64,000 bases of DNA from Candidatus Hydrogenedentota bacterium (GCA_963668025.2 CAXXTH010000010.1:928001-992000); one strand, 5' to 3'; positions 1 through 9,389 are shown, counted from the first letter of the stretch. Program-made: numbers and translations. The notes: generated from the sequence alone by a model not told the origin.

Positions 1-360
1 GGCCGGTATGCGGACGCCCCGCCGTCTCCCGAGGAATACCGTCGATTAGGCACGCGGGTCGTGGACTTGCATCCCATGACCATCATGCAGAACGCGCGCA
101 CGTCTGGCGGCGGGCGGGTGTCCGAAATACCCACGCAAGCCTCGACGGTGGGGCCGGTGGAAACGTGGAAGGCGGGCCGGGTGTCGATCTGGCAGGCGGG
201 GATGCATGACAATCCCTTCGGGATGCGCCTGACGGCATACATGATCAGCAAGCATATCGTGGATTCGTCCGTGCCCATGAGCCTGCTGGCGGACCATCCG
301 AATGTGCAGTTCAACTATTATCGTCCGGCCATAGGCGCTTGTGAAGTCGAGATGCATTGA
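1..360 (+). CDS. Glucosamine-6-phosphate isomerase/deaminase-like protein, C-terminal part (5' truncated by window)
   Basis: Frame 1 is open from base 1 ([35 protein letters not shown]...IPTQASTVG...[12 protein letters not shown]); resembles NagB-like C-terminal motifs (TRVV.L...T, VP.S.L..H). Confidence 0.55.
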   Translation, partial: GRYADAPPSPEEYRRLGTRVVDLHPMTIMQNARTSGGGRVSEIPTQASTVGPVETWKAGRVSIWQAGMHDNPFGMRLTAYMISKHIVDSSVPMSLLADHPNVQFNYYRPAIGACEVEMH

Positions 361-390
361 TGCGTTGAAGCGCGCGCCTATGCGCGAGGG

Positions 391-858
391 CTATTTGCGT
401 TTTGCCGCACTGCCTTTCGGGGGAAGCCCGTGCCGCAGATGCTCGGGCACTTCGCCTTTGCGGAGGGGTTTTGACTCGTACCGGCGGCGGCGTTGGGTGC
501 GCATGGGGCGCATGCGGATCATGGCGATGATGAGCCCTGCCGCGAATACGGCTTCGAGATAGAAAAGCCAGGCGGGCTCATATAACGCCCGATCCCAGAA
601 TTGCAAAAGGGGTGTTTTCCATGGCGTGGGAGCGGTCTTGTTCCAGGATAACTGAGTGGAATCTTTGAACTTTGCAGTAAGAAAGACGATACACCAAAGC
701 ACGGTGTGGAAGATGGTGAAATAGATCATAATCTCGATAACAGCCTGGATGATGGGCGCGGAATAGGTGCGCGTAAAATACACCAAAGGAACGAGCACCG
801 CCAGTCCCGCCGCGTAAAAAATCCAGTATTGCGTCAAATGTGCTACGGCAGCGTCCAT
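391..858 (-). CDS. Hypothetical membrane protein (about 3 TM segments, basic C-terminal tail)
   Basis: 155-aa ORF with hydrophobic stretches; upstream GAGAGGAG RBS. Confidence 0.7.
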   Translation of the reverse strand: MDAAVAHLTQYWIFYAAGLAVLVPLVYFTRTYSAPIIQAVIEIMIYFTIFHTVLWCIVFLTAKFKDSTQLSWNKTAPTPWKTPLLQFWDRALYEPAWLFYLEAVFAAGLIIAMIRMRPMRTQRRRRYESKPLRKGEVPEHLRHGLPPKGSAAKRK

Positions 859-913
859 TTCGCCGAGTCTCCTCTCACCCCCCTGATTTCAAATGCAAGT
901 GTAGCACAAAGCT

Positions 914-937
914 AAAAAGGCCGTAAAGCGGCGGCCT
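914..937 (-). terminator. Intrinsic terminator after lpdA
   Basis: Minus-strand hairpin AGGCCG...CGGCCT followed by TTTTT, just past the lpdA stop. Confidence 0.55.
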
Positions 938-940
938 GGC

Positions 941-2365
941 CTATTTCTTTTTAGGCTTGTATACATGGGTGCCTTGGCCGAAGATCATTTCCGCGGTTTC
1001 CATGACGGTTTCGCTCAGCGTGGGGTGGGGGTGAATCGTGAGCTGGACGTCATCCGCCGTCGCGCCCATTTCGATGGCGAGGGTGCCCTGGCTGATGAGT
1101 TCGCCCGCGCCCGCGCCCACGATGCCGACGCCTAGGATGCGCTTGGTTTCGGGGTCGCTCAGGATTTTGGTCAAGCCATCGGTGCGGTGCAGCGTCGAGG
1201 CCCGGCCCGAGGCAGTCCAGGGGAAGCGGGCAATCTCGACAGCAATGCCTTCTTTTCCGGCTTGGGCTTCCGTGATGCCTGTCCATGCCAGTTCTGGGTC
1301 CGTGAAGACCACGGCGGGGATGGCGCTGGGCTCGAAGGCATCCTTGCCGCCCGCGATGACACTCGCTGCCACACGGCCTTCATGGGTGGCTTTGTGGGCC
1401 AGCATGGGCTCGCCCACCACATCGCCAATGGCGAAAATAGCCGGGTCCGACGTGCGGCGCTGCGGGTCCACTTTAACGAAGCCTCGCTCATCGATGTCGA
1501 CGTTCGTGGAGTGAAGATTCAAGCCGCTCGAGTTGGGCTTACGGCCGATGCTTACCAAGACCTTGTCGAACGTGTTTTTTTGGATGATGCCGTTTTTCCC
1601 CTCGAACTCCACCGCGATGCCTTGTCCCACTTCCTTCATGGAACGCACTTTCGTGGAGAGCAAGATGTTCTCGAATATGCGTTCCATGCGTTTGGCGAGC
1701 ACCTCAACAAGGTCCGTATCCGCACCAGGCAGCAGGCGCGGGGCCATCTCGACTACCGTCACCTTCGAGCCGAGAGCCGCGTAGACCGAACCGAGTTCGA
1801 GCCCGATGTAGCCGCCGCCTACCACAAGCAGCGTGGCCGGGATATCATCCATGTTCAGCGCGTTGGTCGAGTTCATGAGGCGGGGCGACTCGATATACAG
1901 GTTTGGAATGGTCGCAGGGCGCGAGCCGGGGCACAGTATGGCATGCTCGAACGTGAGCAGTTGCTCCGCACCGTCTTCGCTGGTGATTTTGAGCAGGGAC
2001 GAGTCTTCGAAAGCAGCCCGGCCTTGAATGTAGCGTATTTTGCGCGCCCGCGTGAGCTGGCCAAGCCCGCCTGTCATGTGCGCCACCACCTCGTTTTTTG
2101 CGGCGCGCATCTTGTCGAAATCGATCTCGGGCGGCGCGAATGTGATGCCCCAGCTTTTCGCCTCCTTGGCCTCGGTCAGGACGTTCGCGACATGCAGCAA
2201 GGCCTTCGAGGGGATGCAGCCGACATACAGGCACGTTCCTCCTGGATTTTCGCGCACGTCGATGAGCGTGACTTCCAGTCCAAGGTCGGCGGCGTGGAAC
2301 GCGGCGGCGTATCCGCCTGGCCCTGCGCCAATCACGGCAAGCTGGGTTTTCAAGGTTTCAGGCAT
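941..2365 (-). CDS. lpdA: Dihydrolipoamide dehydrogenase (E3)
   Basis: GAGPGGY FAD motif, GGTCLYVGCIPSK redox disulfide, GGGYIGLE NAD motif, HPHPTLSE catalytic C-terminus; start placed at MPETLK. Confidence 0.97.
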   Translation of the reverse strand: MPETLKTQLAVIGAGPGGYAAAFHAADLGLEVTLIDVRENPGGTCLYVGCIPSKALLHVANVLTEAKEAKSWGITFAPPEIDFDKMRAAKNEVVAHMTGGLGQLTRARKIRYIQGRAAFEDSSLLKITSEDGAEQLLTFEHAILCPGSRPATIPNLYIESPRLMNSTNALNMDDIPATLLVVGGGYIGLELGSVYAALGSKVTVVEMAPRLLPGADTDLVEVLAKRMERIFENILLSTKVRSMKEVGQGIAVEFEGKNGIIQKNTFDKVLVSIGRKPNSSGLNLHSTNVDIDERGFVKVDPQRRTSDPAIFAIGDVVGEPMLAHKATHEGRVAASVIAGGKDAFEPSAIPAVVFTDPELAWTGITEAQAGKEGIAVEIARFPWTASGRASTLHRTDGLTKILSDPETKRILGVGIVGAGAGELISQGTLAIEMGATADDVQLTIHPHPTLSETVMETAEMIFGQGTHVYKPKKK

Positions 2366-2424
2366 TGTTCTTGAGACTCCCAAAATCAGCTATGCAAATC
2401 TAATAGTGTATCTTTATTGTTGTG

Positions 2425-2453
2425 GACCAGAAATATACTAAATATACTAAAAT
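2425..2453 (+). repeat. 9-bp-period repeat GACCAG-(AAATATACT)2-AAAAT, copy 1
   Basis: Near-identical copy GACCACC-(AAATACACT)2-AAAAT at 21644-21673. Confidence 0.75.
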
Positions 2454-2500
2454 ATTAAACCAAATACTTTGTGACTCCGGACACGCCGTTATTAATCGCT

Positions 2501-2536
2501 CATCAGTGTCATCAGTGTCATCTGCGCCATCTGTGG
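2501..2536. repeat. Degenerate 9-bp tandem repeat CATC(A/T)G(T/C)G(T/C/G) x4
   Basis: CATCAGTGT CATCAGTGT CATCTGCGC CATCTGTGG read directly. Confidence 0.75.
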
Positions 2537-2557
2537 ACTTCATATTTTTATATAGTT

Positions 2558-2580
2558 GTAGGGTGGGGCTTGCCCCACCG
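2558..2580 (+). repeat. GTAG-type REP-like palindrome, copy 1
   Basis: GTAG-GGTGGGGC-TT-GCCCCACC-G; 22/23 identical to 21681-21703. Confidence 0.8.
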
Positions 2581-2581
2581 C

Positions 2582-2896
2582 TTAATCGATGTGAAACACT
2601 TCCCGCAATGGCTGTTCGATAGGGCTGTTGTCGGGATTGGAAGGCATGATAGGTTTCATGTGCGCCCACCATTTTTTACAGATATCGGTTTGTGCGAGGC
2701 TGTTCCAGCGGGCTTCGTCTTCAATTTCGACATATGCGAAAAGCTGGCTGGATTCCTCATCCAGGAAAATCGAGTAGTTGTAAACGCCGTGCGACTTGAG
2801 CGTAGCTTCGAGTTCGGGCCAAATCGGGTTGTGGCGTGTTTCGTATTCCGCGTATTGGTCTGGATTTACGTGCATAATCGCGGCTTTGCGTATCAT
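2582..2896 (-). CDS. rhaM: L-rhamnose mutarotase
   Basis: 104 aa, MIRKA...[13 protein letters not shown]...[10 protein letters not shown]...[10 protein letters not shown]...LREVFH; AAGGAAGG RBS. Confidence 0.95.
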   Translation of the reverse strand: MIRKAAIMHVNPDQYAEYETRHNPIWPELEATLKSHGVYNYSIFLDEESSQLFAYVEIEDEARWNSLAQTDICKKWWAHMKPIMPSNPDNSPIEQPLREVFHID

Positions 2897-2957
2897 GGAT
2901 GGCCTTCCTTTCAAGCGCCTTGCGGCGCGTCTTGTGTCAAACCTCAAAGCCATAATC

Positions 2958-3024
2958 GCCTCAAAATGCACAAAAGACTCAAGAACTAGAATTCATTCTG
3001 GTGTATTCTTGTGCTTTTTGTGGC
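2958..3024. repeat. Imperfect inverted repeat with GCC(A/T)CAAAA(A/T)GCACAA arms
   Basis: Left arm GCCTCAAAATGCACAAAAGACTCAAGAA (2958-2985); reverse complement of right arm GCCACAAAAAGCACAAGAATACACCAGAA (2996-3024). Confidence 0.65.
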
Positions 3025-3050
3025 AACAAATAAACGCTAAGGTTGCTTGC

Positions 3051-4529
3051 CTATGCTTTTACCAGTTCGTCAAATATCTTCAAATACGAATCCATGTCCC
3101 CATAATCCTGGCGCGAAATGGGGCGTGTCTCGATGGAGATTTCCTTGCCGATTTCATCAAGGCTCAGGCCCTCCGCGCACATCCACGCCGTCATGGCCGC
3201 GCCGAAGGAGGTGCCTTCCTTAATGTTGGTTAGTGCGAACGAAAGGTCTGGACAGAGCGTGGCCAAGAGTTCGCAATAGACGATGTTATTGGCGAAACCG
3301 CCTTCAATGAAGACGGTTGTCCCTTTCGGCAAGCTCAGTTTATTCAAGGCTTCGCGCGTGGCGAGGGCGAGGCTGAGGTTGACCGCGCCGTTATATGCCT
3401 GGCCCAATGGCGTCATCGGCGTGCCGCCTTTTTTCTTCAGGTCCGCCACGGTATCCACTTGGCCGCCGTTCACGATGCGGGATATCGCGCCGATGTATGC
3501 GCTCGAGTCCGGCACGACGCCCGGCACTACGAATAGTTCCTCTTTGGCGATGACATCGCGGACGATCCCGGTAGTGGCTTTATCGGGAAGCTCCGTGAAG
3601 CTGCGGAAAGTGTCGTATTCCATCCCTGCGGGGAAAATAGACGTTTTTACAGGCCGTCCAAAAGCGTCAAGGTTGAAGAACACTTTTGCCGCAATCTCGG
3701 TATCTGTTAAGAACGGCTGGTGTGCGGGAGTCATCAACACGCACCAGGTGCCCGATGAATTCAGCAGGAAATTGTCATATCCGAGTGCGATATAGGGGAG
3801 ATAGTTGGCGTTGCTGTCGTGAATGCCGTAGGTGACTTTGCAGTTCTCGGAAAGCCCGCACGCTTGGGCGATCTCCGGCTTCACTACGCCCAGGCATTCC
3901 CAGGAGCGTGCGGCGTTTTTCGGGAAGAGCTGATCGGCCCGCAGGTCGCGGCCTACGCTGCTCCAGTCTTTTCCCGCGAAATTCCATAAATAGGTGTGAT
4001 TTCCTAGATACGTATGTTCGAGGCCCATGTGGCCCGTGAGTTCATATCCGAAGTAGGAGTCATAAAACAGCGCATGCTTGCAGCGCGCCCAGACTTCCGG
4101 CAAGCGGGTTTTCACTAGGTAGAGCATTTTCCCCAGATTGGCAAAACCGACATCCGCCGTGCAGGTGACGCGATGCAACTCTTCGCGTGTTCCATACACA
4201 TCGTAGAATTCATCCTGGACTTCGAGGCCCTTATCCGCCGTGTAGGAAATAACAGGGTGCGCAAGCGCGCCATTTTCATCGAGCAACACGGCGGTGGCGC
4301 CGTGGGTGGTGATGGCGATGGCCTTGATGTCGAAATCGGGGGTTGCTTCTTTTAGCCGTTCTTGAAACCAAGCCAGCAGGGCGGGCGAATCCTCCACATC
4401 AATCCCATTCAAGTCACGGGATTGTGTATTGATGCGGACATCGCGCAGCATGGTAAAGCCACGGCCAAACAGCCGGAATTTCTTGTTTGTCTTGCCTACA
4501 TCCAACACGGCGACTGCTTTCTGCTTCAT
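3051..4529 (-). CDS. FGGY-family carbohydrate kinase (probably rhamnose/fuculose pathway)
   Basis: VLDVGKTNKK phosphate-1 motif, TTHGAT, GIHDSNA, SSGTW, IEGGFANN; adjacent to rhaM; AGGAGAGGAG RBS. Confidence 0.85.
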   Translation of the reverse strand: MKQKAVAVLDVGKTNKKFRLFGRGFTMLRDVRINTQSRDLNGIDVEDSPALLAWFQERLKEATPDFDIKAIAITTHGATAVLLDENGALAHPVISYTADKGLEVQDEFYDVYGTREELHRVTCTADVGFANLGKMLYLVKTRLPEVWARCKHALFYDSYFGYELTGHMGLEHTYLGNHTYLWNFAGKDWSSVGRDLRADQLFPKNAARSWECLGVVKPEIAQACGLSENCKVTYGIHDSNANYLPYIALGYDNFLLNSSGTWCVLMTPAHQPFLTDTEIAAKVFFNLDAFGRPVKTSIFPAGMEYDTFRSFTELPDKATTGIVRDVIAKEELFVVPGVVPDSSAYIGAISRIVNGGQVDTVADLKKKGGTPMTPLGQAYNGAVNLSLALATREALNKLSLPKGTTVFIEGGFANNIVYCELLATLCPDLSFALTNIKEGTSFGAAMTAWMCAEGLSLDEIGKEISIETRPISRQDYGDMDSYLKIFDELVKA

Positions 4530-4562
4530 GAATGATTCTCCTCTCCTACTACTCATGAAAAC

Positions 4563-4901
4563 CTATATATTCAAAGGTTGCACTTCTATAAGAACGCCTT
4601 CTTGCCGGGCAATGTCAAGGATGGGGCGGCCTTCTTCAATCTCCCATTCTTTTTGACCGCAGGGTATTGGTTCGATGCGGATGTCAGAAGTACGCGTAGC
4701 GCCCCACAATTGCTGCACGAGTTCCATATCGTATTTCGTATCAAATTCCGGCGCGATAATAAGGACATCAATATCGCTCCATTCATCGGCATCGCCTCTG
4801 GCGTAAGAGCCGAACAGGACCGCTTTGCTTGGATGAATACCATATCCAGGCAAATGGGCTAGATATTCGGAAATGATATCTATAACTGATTTATCAGCCA
4901 T
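4563..4901 (-). CDS. Minimal nucleotidyltransferase (MNT), antitoxin of a HEPN/MNT pair
   Basis: LFGSYARGDADEWSDIDV motif, 112 aa, overlaps the HEPN gene end. Confidence 0.9.
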   Translation of the reverse strand: MADKSVIDIISEYLAHLPGYGIHPSKAVLFGSYARGDADEWSDIDVLIIAPEFDTKYDMELVQQLWGATRTSDIRIEPIPCGQKEWEIEEGRPILDIARQEGVLIEVQPLNI

Positions 4902-5258
4902 TCCATGAACTCTTTTGCTTTATTAAGATCGGTTTGAGCTTTTTCAGAGCTTATCAAAATGGACATTTCGTCAGGATAACGCATATCTATCTGATACGCA
5001 TTGAATCTTGACAAAAAATCCTGTTGCGCTATTGTGCATTTCAACGAGGCCAATTCAATCAACCGGATTAAGTTATGAGTTTTAGGGGGAACACGGTGGA
5101 TAGAGCGAGTCACAAACGCCTTGAGCATTTTTTCTATAGCCAAATGAGCAAAAAAAAAGCGCTTGGCGGAAGCGTTTTTTCTCATAGAGGTCAAACGCCA
5201 CCTCCAATTCTTCTTCGGCGCTTGATCGCCAGTATATAAACTGCTTGTCGATATCCAT
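4880..5258 (-). pseudogene. HEPN-domain protein with +1 frameshift in a T9 homopolymer
   Basis: N-part MDIDKQFIYWRSSAEEELEVAFDLYEKKRFRQALFF in one frame; C-part AHLAIEKMLKA...PPKTHNL...RYP in another; span 379 nt = 3n+1; A9 run at 5150-5158. Confidence 0.85.
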
Positions 5259-5277
5259 TTTACAATGAGTCCGGCGC

Positions 5278-6675
5278 TCAGTCCGATTCCAAGAACAGTA
5301 AGAACGGCTGCTCCAGCGCCTGGCACACCCAGCGTAAAAAGCGCGCGCCATCCGCGCCGTCAATCACGCGGTGGTCATAGGATAACGATAAGGGCAGCAT
5401 CATTCGTGGAACAAATTGGCCATCGCGCCACACGGGCTCGGTTTGCCCGCGCGAGACGCCCAGTATGGCCACTTGCGGGCTATATACGATGGGCGTGAAC
5501 GCCGTGCCGCCAATACCGCCCAGGTTGCTGATCGTGAAGGTGCCGCCCTGCATTTCGTCCAGGGTGGTTTTTTTCGTGCGCGCCCGCTCGGCCAGTTCGC
5601 CCAGCTCGGCGGCGATCTGCATAACGCTCTTCGTATCGCAATCGCGAATAACAGGCACCAGCAGCCCCCGGTCGGTGTCCACGGCCACGCCGATGTGGAT
5701 GTAGCGCTTATAAATAATCTCGTTGTTCGCCATATCGATGCTGGCGTTGAACTGTGGGAATTTCTTGAGGGCCGCCGCGATGATTTTCACCAGGATCGCC
5801 GTCATGGTCAATTTGCCGCTCGCAGCCTCGGCGCGCTTGGCGTATTGTTTGCGCAGCGCTTCGATATCCGTCACATCCGCCCGGTCGAATTGCGTCACTT
5901 GGGGCACGGTGGACCAGGCATAGGCCATGTTTTCCGCCGTACGCCGCCGCACGCCGCTCATCTCGCGCCGTTCGATGGCCCCCCAGCGCTCGAAGTCGGG
6001 GAGGGGGGGAGTGGTGGAAGACGCGGCAGGCGCACTGCTGGCCAGGCGGACAGGGGCCGCACCGCCCGCATCGGTGTTGACGCGCCGCGAAAAGGATTTG
6101 ACATCCTCTTCCGAAATACGCCCTCCCGGGCCGCTTCCGGGCACTTGATGGATATTGATGCCGATCTCGCGCGCCAGCCGCCGCACGCTGGGCGCGGCAG
6201 GCGCGGACCCCCGGCCTTGCGCGGACGCTTGCGGTTCGGGTGTTTCCGCCGAAGGAACAGGCGTTGCCGCCGCTTCCGAAGGCGATTCCACTTCCTCGTC
6301 GATTTCTTGAGGGGCCATTTCCAATTGCTGGACAGCGGGCGCTTCTTCTTTGGGCGCTTGCTTGCGGGCGGTTTCGGCCTTTTTCGGAGGCGCGGGCTTC
6401 TTAGTGGTTTCTTGCACCAGCGGCTCCGCTGGCGCATCGGCTGCTTCCAGCACTAAGATCACCGCGCCCACACGCAGATCTTCGCCCGCGCGTGCGCGGA
6501 TCTCGGCTACTTTCCCGGCCACTTCGCATGGCACCTCGACGGATGCCTTATCTGTTTCAATTTCAATAACCGGCTGATCCTTGGCGATCATGTCGCCTAC
6601 CTGGACCATCACATTTGTTACTTTGCCTTTTTCGATATTCTCGCCGAGTTCGGGGAGTTTGAATTCCGTGGCCAT
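5278..6675 (-). CDS. aceF: Pyruvate dehydrogenase E2, dihydrolipoamide acetyltransferase
   Basis: Lipoyl domain ETDKA, E3-binding APAAPSVRRLARE, catalytic DHRVIDG; start at MATEFKLPELG. Confidence 0.95.
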   Translation of the reverse strand: MATEFKLPELGENIEKGKVTNVMVQVGDMIAKDQPVIEIETDKASVEVPCEVAGKVAEIRARAGEDLRVGAVILVLEAADAPAEPLVQETTKKPAPPKKAETARKQAPKEEAPAVQQLEMAPQEIDEEVESPSEAAATPVPSAETPEPQASAQGRGSAPAAPSVRRLAREIGINIHQVPGSGPGGRISEEDVKSFSRRVNTDAGGAAPVRLASSAPAASSTTPPLPDFERWGAIERREMSGVRRRTAENMAYAWSTVPQVTQFDRADVTDIEALRKQYAKRAEAASGKLTMTAILVKIIAAALKKFPQFNASIDMANNEIIYKRYIHIGVAVDTDRGLLVPVIRDCDTKSVMQIAAELGELAERARTKKTTLDEMQGGTFTISNLGGIGGTAFTPIVYSPQVAILGVSRGQTEPVWRDGQFVPRMMLPLSLSYDHRVIDGADGARFLRWVCQALEQPFLLFLESD

Positions 6676-6719
6676 GTATGTTTCCTTTGCTTTGTACTGT
6701 CCAGTTTGCAGGGGCGGAG

Positions 6720-9389
6720 TCAACTCACCATCGGATTCCGTTTTTCAGGATTGATCGCAAGCACTTCACGCGCCTTCTGTATGGCTTTCTGATCTAGTGC
6801 GCCGTCGCGGGCCAGGCCGCATATGGCCGCATAGGCGATATGCCGGGCGTCCATTTCGAAGAAATCGCGCAAGGCCGCGCGCGATTCGCTTCGCCCAAAA
6901 CCGTCGGTGCCTAGGGCGATGCAGGGTCGCGGCATCCATTTCGCCAAGAGATCAGGCAGGGCTTTTACGTAGTCCGATGCCGCTACAATAACGCCCGGTT
7001 CGTTCTGGAGGCATTGCGTGACGTAGGGCGTGCGGGGCGGCTTGTCCGCGTGCAATAAGTTATACCGGTCCGCATCAAGGCCGTCGCGCCGTAATTCTTT
7101 ATAACTGGTGATGCTCCATACATCCGCCGCCACCTCGAAATGCTCCGCCAGCAGCGCCTGGGCATGCAGCGCTTCGTTCATGATCGCGCCGCTGCCGAGA
7201 ATCTGTGCGCGGAGTGTAAAGTCTGTCTTTTCGCTCGGGCGGAACTTATACATGCCCTTCAAGATGCCTTCCTTGCAGTCTTCCGGCATGAGGGGCATAG
7301 GGTAATTTTGATTCTCGACAGTGAGGTAATAGAAGATGTCTTCTTGCTCTTCATACATCCGGCGGATGCCTTCGCGTACGATGACGGCGATCTCGAAGGC
7401 ATAGGCGGGGTCGTAGGCCAGCAGATTCGGAATGGGCTGAGCCAGGAGATGGCTATGGCCGTCCTGGTGTTGAAGGCCTTCGCCATTGAGGGTCGTACGG
7501 CCCGCCGTGCCGCCCACGAGGAAGCCTTTGCAGCGCATGTCGCCCGCCGCCCAGATCAAGTCGCCGATGCGCTGGAATCCGAACATGCTGTAATAGATGA
7601 AAAATGGGATCATCGGAATGCCATGCACGGCATACGATGTGCCCGCGGCAATGAAGGACGACATCGAGCCTGCTTCGGTGAGTCCTTCCTCGAGAATCTG
7701 GCCGTCCGTCGCTTCTTTGTAATACAGCAGGCTGTCGCTGTCCACGGGTTCATAGAGCTGGCCGCTGTGGGCGTAAATTCCGACTTGCCGGAACAGGGCT
7801 TCCATACCGAACGTGCGCGCCTCATCGGGCACGATGGGGACGATGTATTTGCCCAGTTCCTTGTCGTGCAACAGGGCATGGAGGACGCGGACAAACGCCA
7901 TGGTCGTCGAGACGCCCCGCTCGCCCGTGCCCTCGAACAACTCTTTGAACGCGGCTTCGGGCGGGGCTTTAAGTATCGGGCAGTCCACGACGCGTGAAGG
8001 CACGTATCCGCCCAGGGACTCGCGGCATTCGCGGAGATACGCCATCTCGGGGCTGCCCTCGGGCGGGCGGTAGAAGGGTGCGTATGCTACATCTTCATCG
8101 GAAATGGGGATGCCGAAGCGGGTGCGGAATTCGCGCAGTTCATCTTCGTTTAGCTTCTTTTGCTGATGGGTGATGTTCTTGCCTTCGCCGCTTTCCCCGA
8201 GGCCGTAGCCTTTGATGGTTTTCGCCAGGATGACCGTGGGCTGGCCTTTGTGGGTCACTGCGGCCTGGAATGCTGCATATACTTTAAGCGGGTCGTGGCC
8301 GCCGCGCTGCATTTTTCGGAGCTGTTCATCGGTGTAATGCCGCACTATTTCCGCCAGCTTCGGATCCTTGCCGAAGAAGTGCTCACGGATATACGAGCCT
8401 GGCTCGGTGCTGTATTTCTGATACTCTCCATCGACCACTTCGCCCATGCGCTCGACGAGGCGTCCTTGGCGGTCTTGCGCGAGCAGGGGATCCCAGTCGC
8501 TGCCCCACACCACTTTGATGACATTCCAGCCCGCACCTCTGAAAATGGCTTCGAGTTCCTGGATGATCTTGCCATTGCCGCGCACCGGCCCATCGAGCCG
8601 CTGGAGGTTGCAATTGATAACGAAAATCAAGTTATCGAGTTTTTCGCGCGATGCGAGTGTAATCGCACCGAGCGATTCCGGTTCATCTGTTTCGCCATCG
8701 CCGAGAAACGCCCACACATGGCTGCCGTGGTCTGGTTTCAGGCCGCGATCTTCCAGGTATCGGTTAAAGCGGGCCAGGTAGATGGCCATGATGGGCCCGA
8801 GGCCCATGGATACGGTTGGAAATTGCCAGAAGCCCGGCATGAGCCATGGATGGGGATACGAAGATAGTCCGCCGCCTTCCTGCAATTCCCGCCGGAAATT
8901 CTTGAGCTGTTCTTCGCTCAGACGTCCCTCGATAAACGCGCGTGCGTACAAACCGGGGGCGCTGTGGCCTTGGAAGAAAACTTGGTCGCCGCTATGGTCC
9001 GCGCCGGGGCCTCTAAAGAAATGGTTGAAGCCTACTTCATATAATGTGGCCGCCGAGGCATAGGTGGAGATATGCCCGCCAATGCCTTCCTCGGAGCGGT
9101 TGGCGCGCACGACCATGGCCATGGCGTTCCACCGGATGATGCTCTTGATGCGGCGTTCGATCTCACGGCGGCCCGGATACACCGGCTGCTCTTCGAGCGG
9201 TATGGTGTTGATGTAGGGCGTATTGGCGGTGAACGGCAGGCGCACGCCCGCTTCCTGCGCGCGAATCTGGAGATGGCGCAAGATGTGGAGCACCTGTTCG
9301 GGGCTTTCCTTCTCGATCACATAATTGAGGGACTCGATCCATTCCTGGATCTCCGCATGTTCGATTTTGGCCTGTTCTTCTGGATTCAC
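6720..9389 (-). CDS. aceE: Pyruvate dehydrogenase E1, homodimeric type
   Basis: GGHISTYAS, SSYPHPWLMP, GDGETDEPE TPP motif, NCNLQRLDGPV, GEGLQHQDGHS. Confidence 0.97.
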   Translation of the reverse strand: MNPEEQAKIEHAEIQEWIESLNYVIEKESPEQVLHILRHLQIRAQEAGVRLPFTANTPYINTIPLEEQPVYPGRREIERRIKSIIRWNAMAMVVRANRSEEGIGGHISTYASAATLYEVGFNHFFRGPGADHSGDQVFFQGHSAPGLYARAFIEGRLSEEQLKNFRRELQEGGGLSSYPHPWLMPGFWQFPTVSMGLGPIMAIYLARFNRYLEDRGLKPDHGSHVWAFLGDGETDEPESLGAITLASREKLDNLIFVINCNLQRLDGPVRGNGKIIQELEAIFRGAGWNVIKVVWGSDWDPLLAQDRQGRLVERMGEVVDGEYQKYSTEPGSYIREHFFGKDPKLAEIVRHYTDEQLRKMQRGGHDPLKVYAAFQAAVTHKGQPTVILAKTIKGYGLGESGEGKNITHQQKKLNEDELREFRTRFGIPISDEDVAYAPFYRPPEGSPEMAYLRECRESLGGYVPSRVVDCPILKAPPEAAFKELFEGTGERGVSTTMAFVRVLHALLHDKELGKYIVPIVPDEARTFGMEALFRQVGIYAHSGQLYEPVDSDSLLYYKEATDGQILEEGLTEAGSMSSFIAAGTSYAVHGIPMIPFFIYYSMFGFQRIGDLIWAAGDMRCKGFLVGGTAGRTTLNGEGLQHQDGHSHLLAQPIPNLLAYDPAYAFEIAVIVREGIRRMYEEQEDIFYYLTVENQNYPMPLMPEDCKEGILKGMYKFRPSEKTDFTLRAQILGSGAIMNEALHAQALLAEHFEVAADVWSITSYKELRRDGLDADRYNLLHADKPPRTPYVTQCLQNEPGVIVAASDYVKALPDLLAKWMPRPCIALGTDGFGRSESRAALRDFFEMDARHIAYAAICGLARDGALDQKAIQKAREVLAINPEKRNPMVS

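Noticed and set aside
1187-2374. Long antisense ORFs (e.g. 1187-2374, 5416-6456, 13764-14663, 37877-38947, 43139-44278, 58237-59355)
   Set aside because: Shadow frames of well-supported genes in GC-rich DNA; no motifs of their own
2425-2580. Possible CRISPR array
   Set aside because: No regularly spaced 23-47-bp repeats with unique spacers and no cas genes anywhere in the window
2400-2672. Small ORFs containing ILVYLVY (2400-2672 and 21524-21724, minus strand)
   Set aside because: The shared peptide is just the translation of the AAATAYACT repeat; no RBS or other coding evidence
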